DNA from: a virus
Lineage: Duplodnaviria; Caudoviricetes
Length of the DNA stretch: 64,000 nt
Virus record (IMG/VR): IMGVR_UViG_3300028833_000124
Coordinates: 19,650 to 83,649 of that record
Reading direction: 5' to 3' (one strand)
Under the pieces are notes generated by a model. The model saw only the letters and a program-made list of their open reading frames with translations. It ran no database searches and had not been told where the DNA came from. Both the position numbers and the translations under genes were made by a program. Below, in pieces: positions 62,311 through 64,000 of the stretch. Every line of letters starts with the position of its first letter. The first letter of the stretch is position 1.

Positions 62311-62744
62311 TGAATGTTTAGGGTAATGGATTCTATGAAAAATTCATGTATTAAATCTTCTTGTCCTGTAACAGCCCAGTTTATGTTTAGGCTTTGACTG
62401 TTCTCAGGTATTTGTTTACTTAATATTACTTTATGAAAATCATTTGAGATATTAATAGTTGCTCCAGCGACCCATTTCCCATCAATACTGAATTGTTGAG
62501 TAATATGTGTGTTAACTGCCTGTATATTTGCAGTTACTGTCACCGTTTTACCCCAATCTTCTGCAGTTAAATCATAATTAAAATATAACTGCGTGTAGGC
62601 ATTGCTTTGCTTATTCCGTACGATTAAATAATCTGCAGTTAAAGTCGCTATTGTTGTACCGTAGAAACTTAAACCCTCCGTATTATTTAAGTATCTACCA
62701 CAACTCCAAACATTATGAGATAAGAGATTATCCTTATCTTTTAC
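62307..62744 (-). CDS. Cassette 11 (145 aa)
   Basis: VKDKDNLLSHNVWSCGRY...FFIESITLNIQ*. Confidence 0.8.
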   Translation of the reverse strand, partial: VKDKDNLLSHNVWSCGRYLNNTEGLSFYGTTIATLTADYLIVRNKQSNAYTQLYFNYDLTAEDWGKTVTVTANIQAVNTHITQQFSIDGKWVAGATINISNDFHKVILSKQIPENSQSLNINWAVTGQEDLIHEFFIESITLNIQ

Positions 62745-63202
62745 TGAATAAATATCCTAATATTTTTAATAAACATTTTATCATTAATTAATGCTGTATT
62801 ATTCAAATAAAATCTCACTTCTAATTGGCTGGATTCAGAGGGTATTTGTAAGCTCAGTGTTGATTCTATAAAATCATTTGAGGAAGATATTTGTACACTA
62901 CCCAAATTATTATTTCCCCAAAATTGTATCGCCCCATAAGAAGAACTAACTACTTTGAAATCTGTAATTACAGTTAACTTGTTTCCTTTAAGTTGTGTGA
63001 GAAAATCATTTAAATTAATGCTTACAATACTGTAAGAATTATAAGAACTTACTTTAGTTAAACAAACTGTATAAAAATCATCAACTTTGCTTAATGTAGT
63101 GGAGTAATTTGACCCACTCTGCCATGTGAAATCAGATAAATCTTTTGAATATTCACCAGCACTCCATTGGTTAAAAGTAGCAATGTTTAATTTATCTTTT
63201 AC
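62741..63202 (-). CDS. Cassette 12 (153 aa)
   Basis: VKDKLNIATFNQWSAGEY...MFIKNIRIFIQ*; absent from the track. Confidence 0.8.
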   Translation of the reverse strand, partial: VKDKLNIATFNQWSAGEYSKDLSDFTWQSGSNYSTTLSKVDDFYTVCLTKVSSYNSYSIVSINLNDFLTQLKGNKLTVITDFKVVSSSYGAIQFWGNNNLGSVQISSSNDFIESTLSLQIPSESSQLEVRFYLNNTALINDKMFIKNIRIFIQ

Positions 63203-63645
63203 TGAATGGTTATGCAGATATTATCTAAATTATATGTTCCAATATTCGCACCAGAAACTGTGAAAATACAAGCTAATGGTTCAAGATTAGGAATATTGGT
63301 AGTTAATTTAAAATTACCATTAGAATTAATAGGAATACTACTACTATTTAATAAAACTGAATTTTTAATCATTTGACTAATTTGTACTGTATTATCAAGT
63401 ATATCTCCTGAAAAAGTTATTTTTTTATTTAAATCATCTGTTGAAGGAGTATAAATATATCCTATTTCAGACCAACTTGTTACTGTTTCATTTTTTGTGA
63501 ATTTTATTGATGTTGATCCAATTGATGATTTTGTTTTATCTATTTCAAAAAATTTTGGGTTTGTTCTGTGAATTTCATTTAAACTATTTGTGAATTCTCC
63601 GGCACTCCATAATGTATATGATAAAATATTAGTTTTATCTTTTAC
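63199..63645 (-). CDS. Cassette 13 (148 aa)
   Basis: VKDKTNILSYTLWSAGEF...IGSTSIK...YNLDNICITIQ*; absent from the track. Confidence 0.8.
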   Translation of the reverse strand, partial: VKDKTNILSYTLWSAGEFTNSLNEIHRTNPKFFEIDKTKSSIGSTSIKFTKNETVTSWSEIGYIYTPSTDDLNKKITFSGDILDNTVQISQMIKNSVLLNSSSIPINSNGNFKLTTNIPNLEPLACIFTVSGANIGTYNLDNICITIQ

Positions 63646-64000
63646 TGAGCGGTTAAAAATAGATTATCAACAAAAACAATATCTCCTAAGCTTATTAAAT
63701 TAACACGAATTCCAATATACTCTGGATTTTCAAATTCAAGATTACGAGTTAATTCAATTGTCCTAACAGTATTTCCAGAAGGCACCCTTACTGATGATCT
63801 TTTTACTTCATTATTTTTTACTTCAACTAACCACATATCACATGAGCCATTAGGACAATAAACTTTTAATGAACAGGAAATAGTAGTCCCATTGAAGTTA
63901 TAAATTGGGAATAATGTCCATACATAATTTTCTGATTCACGAGTTAATTTGAAACTTCTTTCACCTGTAAAACTCCATTCAGTTGAAGAAACTGTTTTTT
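63642..64000 (-). CDS. Cassette 14 (partial, 5' end beyond the window)
   Basis: ...STEWSFTGERSFKL...FVDNLFLTAQ*; frame open to the window edge. Confidence 0.75.
   Translation of the reverse strand, partial: KTVSSTEWSFTGERSFKLTRESENYVWTLFPIYNFNGTTISCSLKVYCPNGSCDMWLVEVKNNEVKRSSVRVPSGNTVRTIELTRNLEFENPEYIGIRVNLISLGDIVFVDNLFLTAQ

Larger units (their letters stand above)
57921..64000. mobile_element. Shufflon-like array of at least 14 start-less variable-domain cassettes delimited by 13 visible GTAAAAGATAA sites
   Basis: Site first-base coordinates: + strand 57921, 58334 (GTAAAAGAGAA variant); - strand 59260, 59697, 60131, 60583, 61014, 61463, 61885, 62310, 62744, 63202, 63645. Each site opens a stop-free frame VKDK-N-...-W-S-x-G of 138-160 aa. 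Confidence 0.85.

Noticed and set aside
58799-63645. Programmed -1 frameshifting joining all cassettes into one giant protein
   Set aside because: The stop precedes any X-XXY-YYZ slippery heptamer in the incoming frame, and frameshifting cannot account for the two oppositely oriented cassettes. Not fully excluded for the tandem part.
57921-64000. Diversity-generating retroelement, CRISPR array or integron as explanation of the array
   Set aside because: No reverse transcriptase or adenine-only TR/VR pair. Units are 400+ bp open frames, not repeat-spacer units. No attC-like palindromes, and cassettes lack start codons.

Overview
The window is a large part of an AT-rich tailed (HK97-fold, probably contractile-tailed) archaeal virus genome, with no host genes visible. 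Pseudomurein-binding repeats plus a PeiR-like C39 endolysin and an archaeal PCNA point to a Methanobacteriales host (Methanobrevibacter-like; inference). Almost everything is on the minus strand. Order: tail sheath/neck, capsid, protease, MuF-type minor head protein with a metallopeptidase extension, portal and terminase (1-13 kb); C5 methyltransferase, ParB-like protein and holin (13-16 kb); a long early/accessory region with ERCC4 nuclease, PCNA, tyrosine recombinase 1, thymidylate synthase, DinG-like helicase, an iteron-rich putative origin, an AAA+ replication protein, an annealing protein and an AcrIII-1-like (DUF1874) protein (16-47 kb); a lysogeny-like module with an RHH protein, HsdR_N nuclease and tyrosine recombinase 2 (47-52 kb); endolysin and fibre/adhesin genes (52-58 kb). 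The standout is 57.9-64 kb: at least 14 start-less cassettes, each encoding a different ~140-160 aa CBM-like beta-sandwich domain. Thirteen cassette starts are visible and each begins at a conserved 11-bp site (GTAAAAGATAA; one copy varies) whose TAA is also the stop codon of the preceding cassette. Two cassettes face right and 12 face left, meeting at one tail-to-tail junction. This is the layout expected of a multi-inversion shufflon that swaps the C-terminal receptor-binding domain of a tail protein whose constant part lies beyond the right edge. Two tRNA-like RNAs with a shared non-canonical T-arm and a ~1 kb hairpin-rich intergenic region also deserve follow-up. All product calls come from motif recognition by eye; no searches were run.
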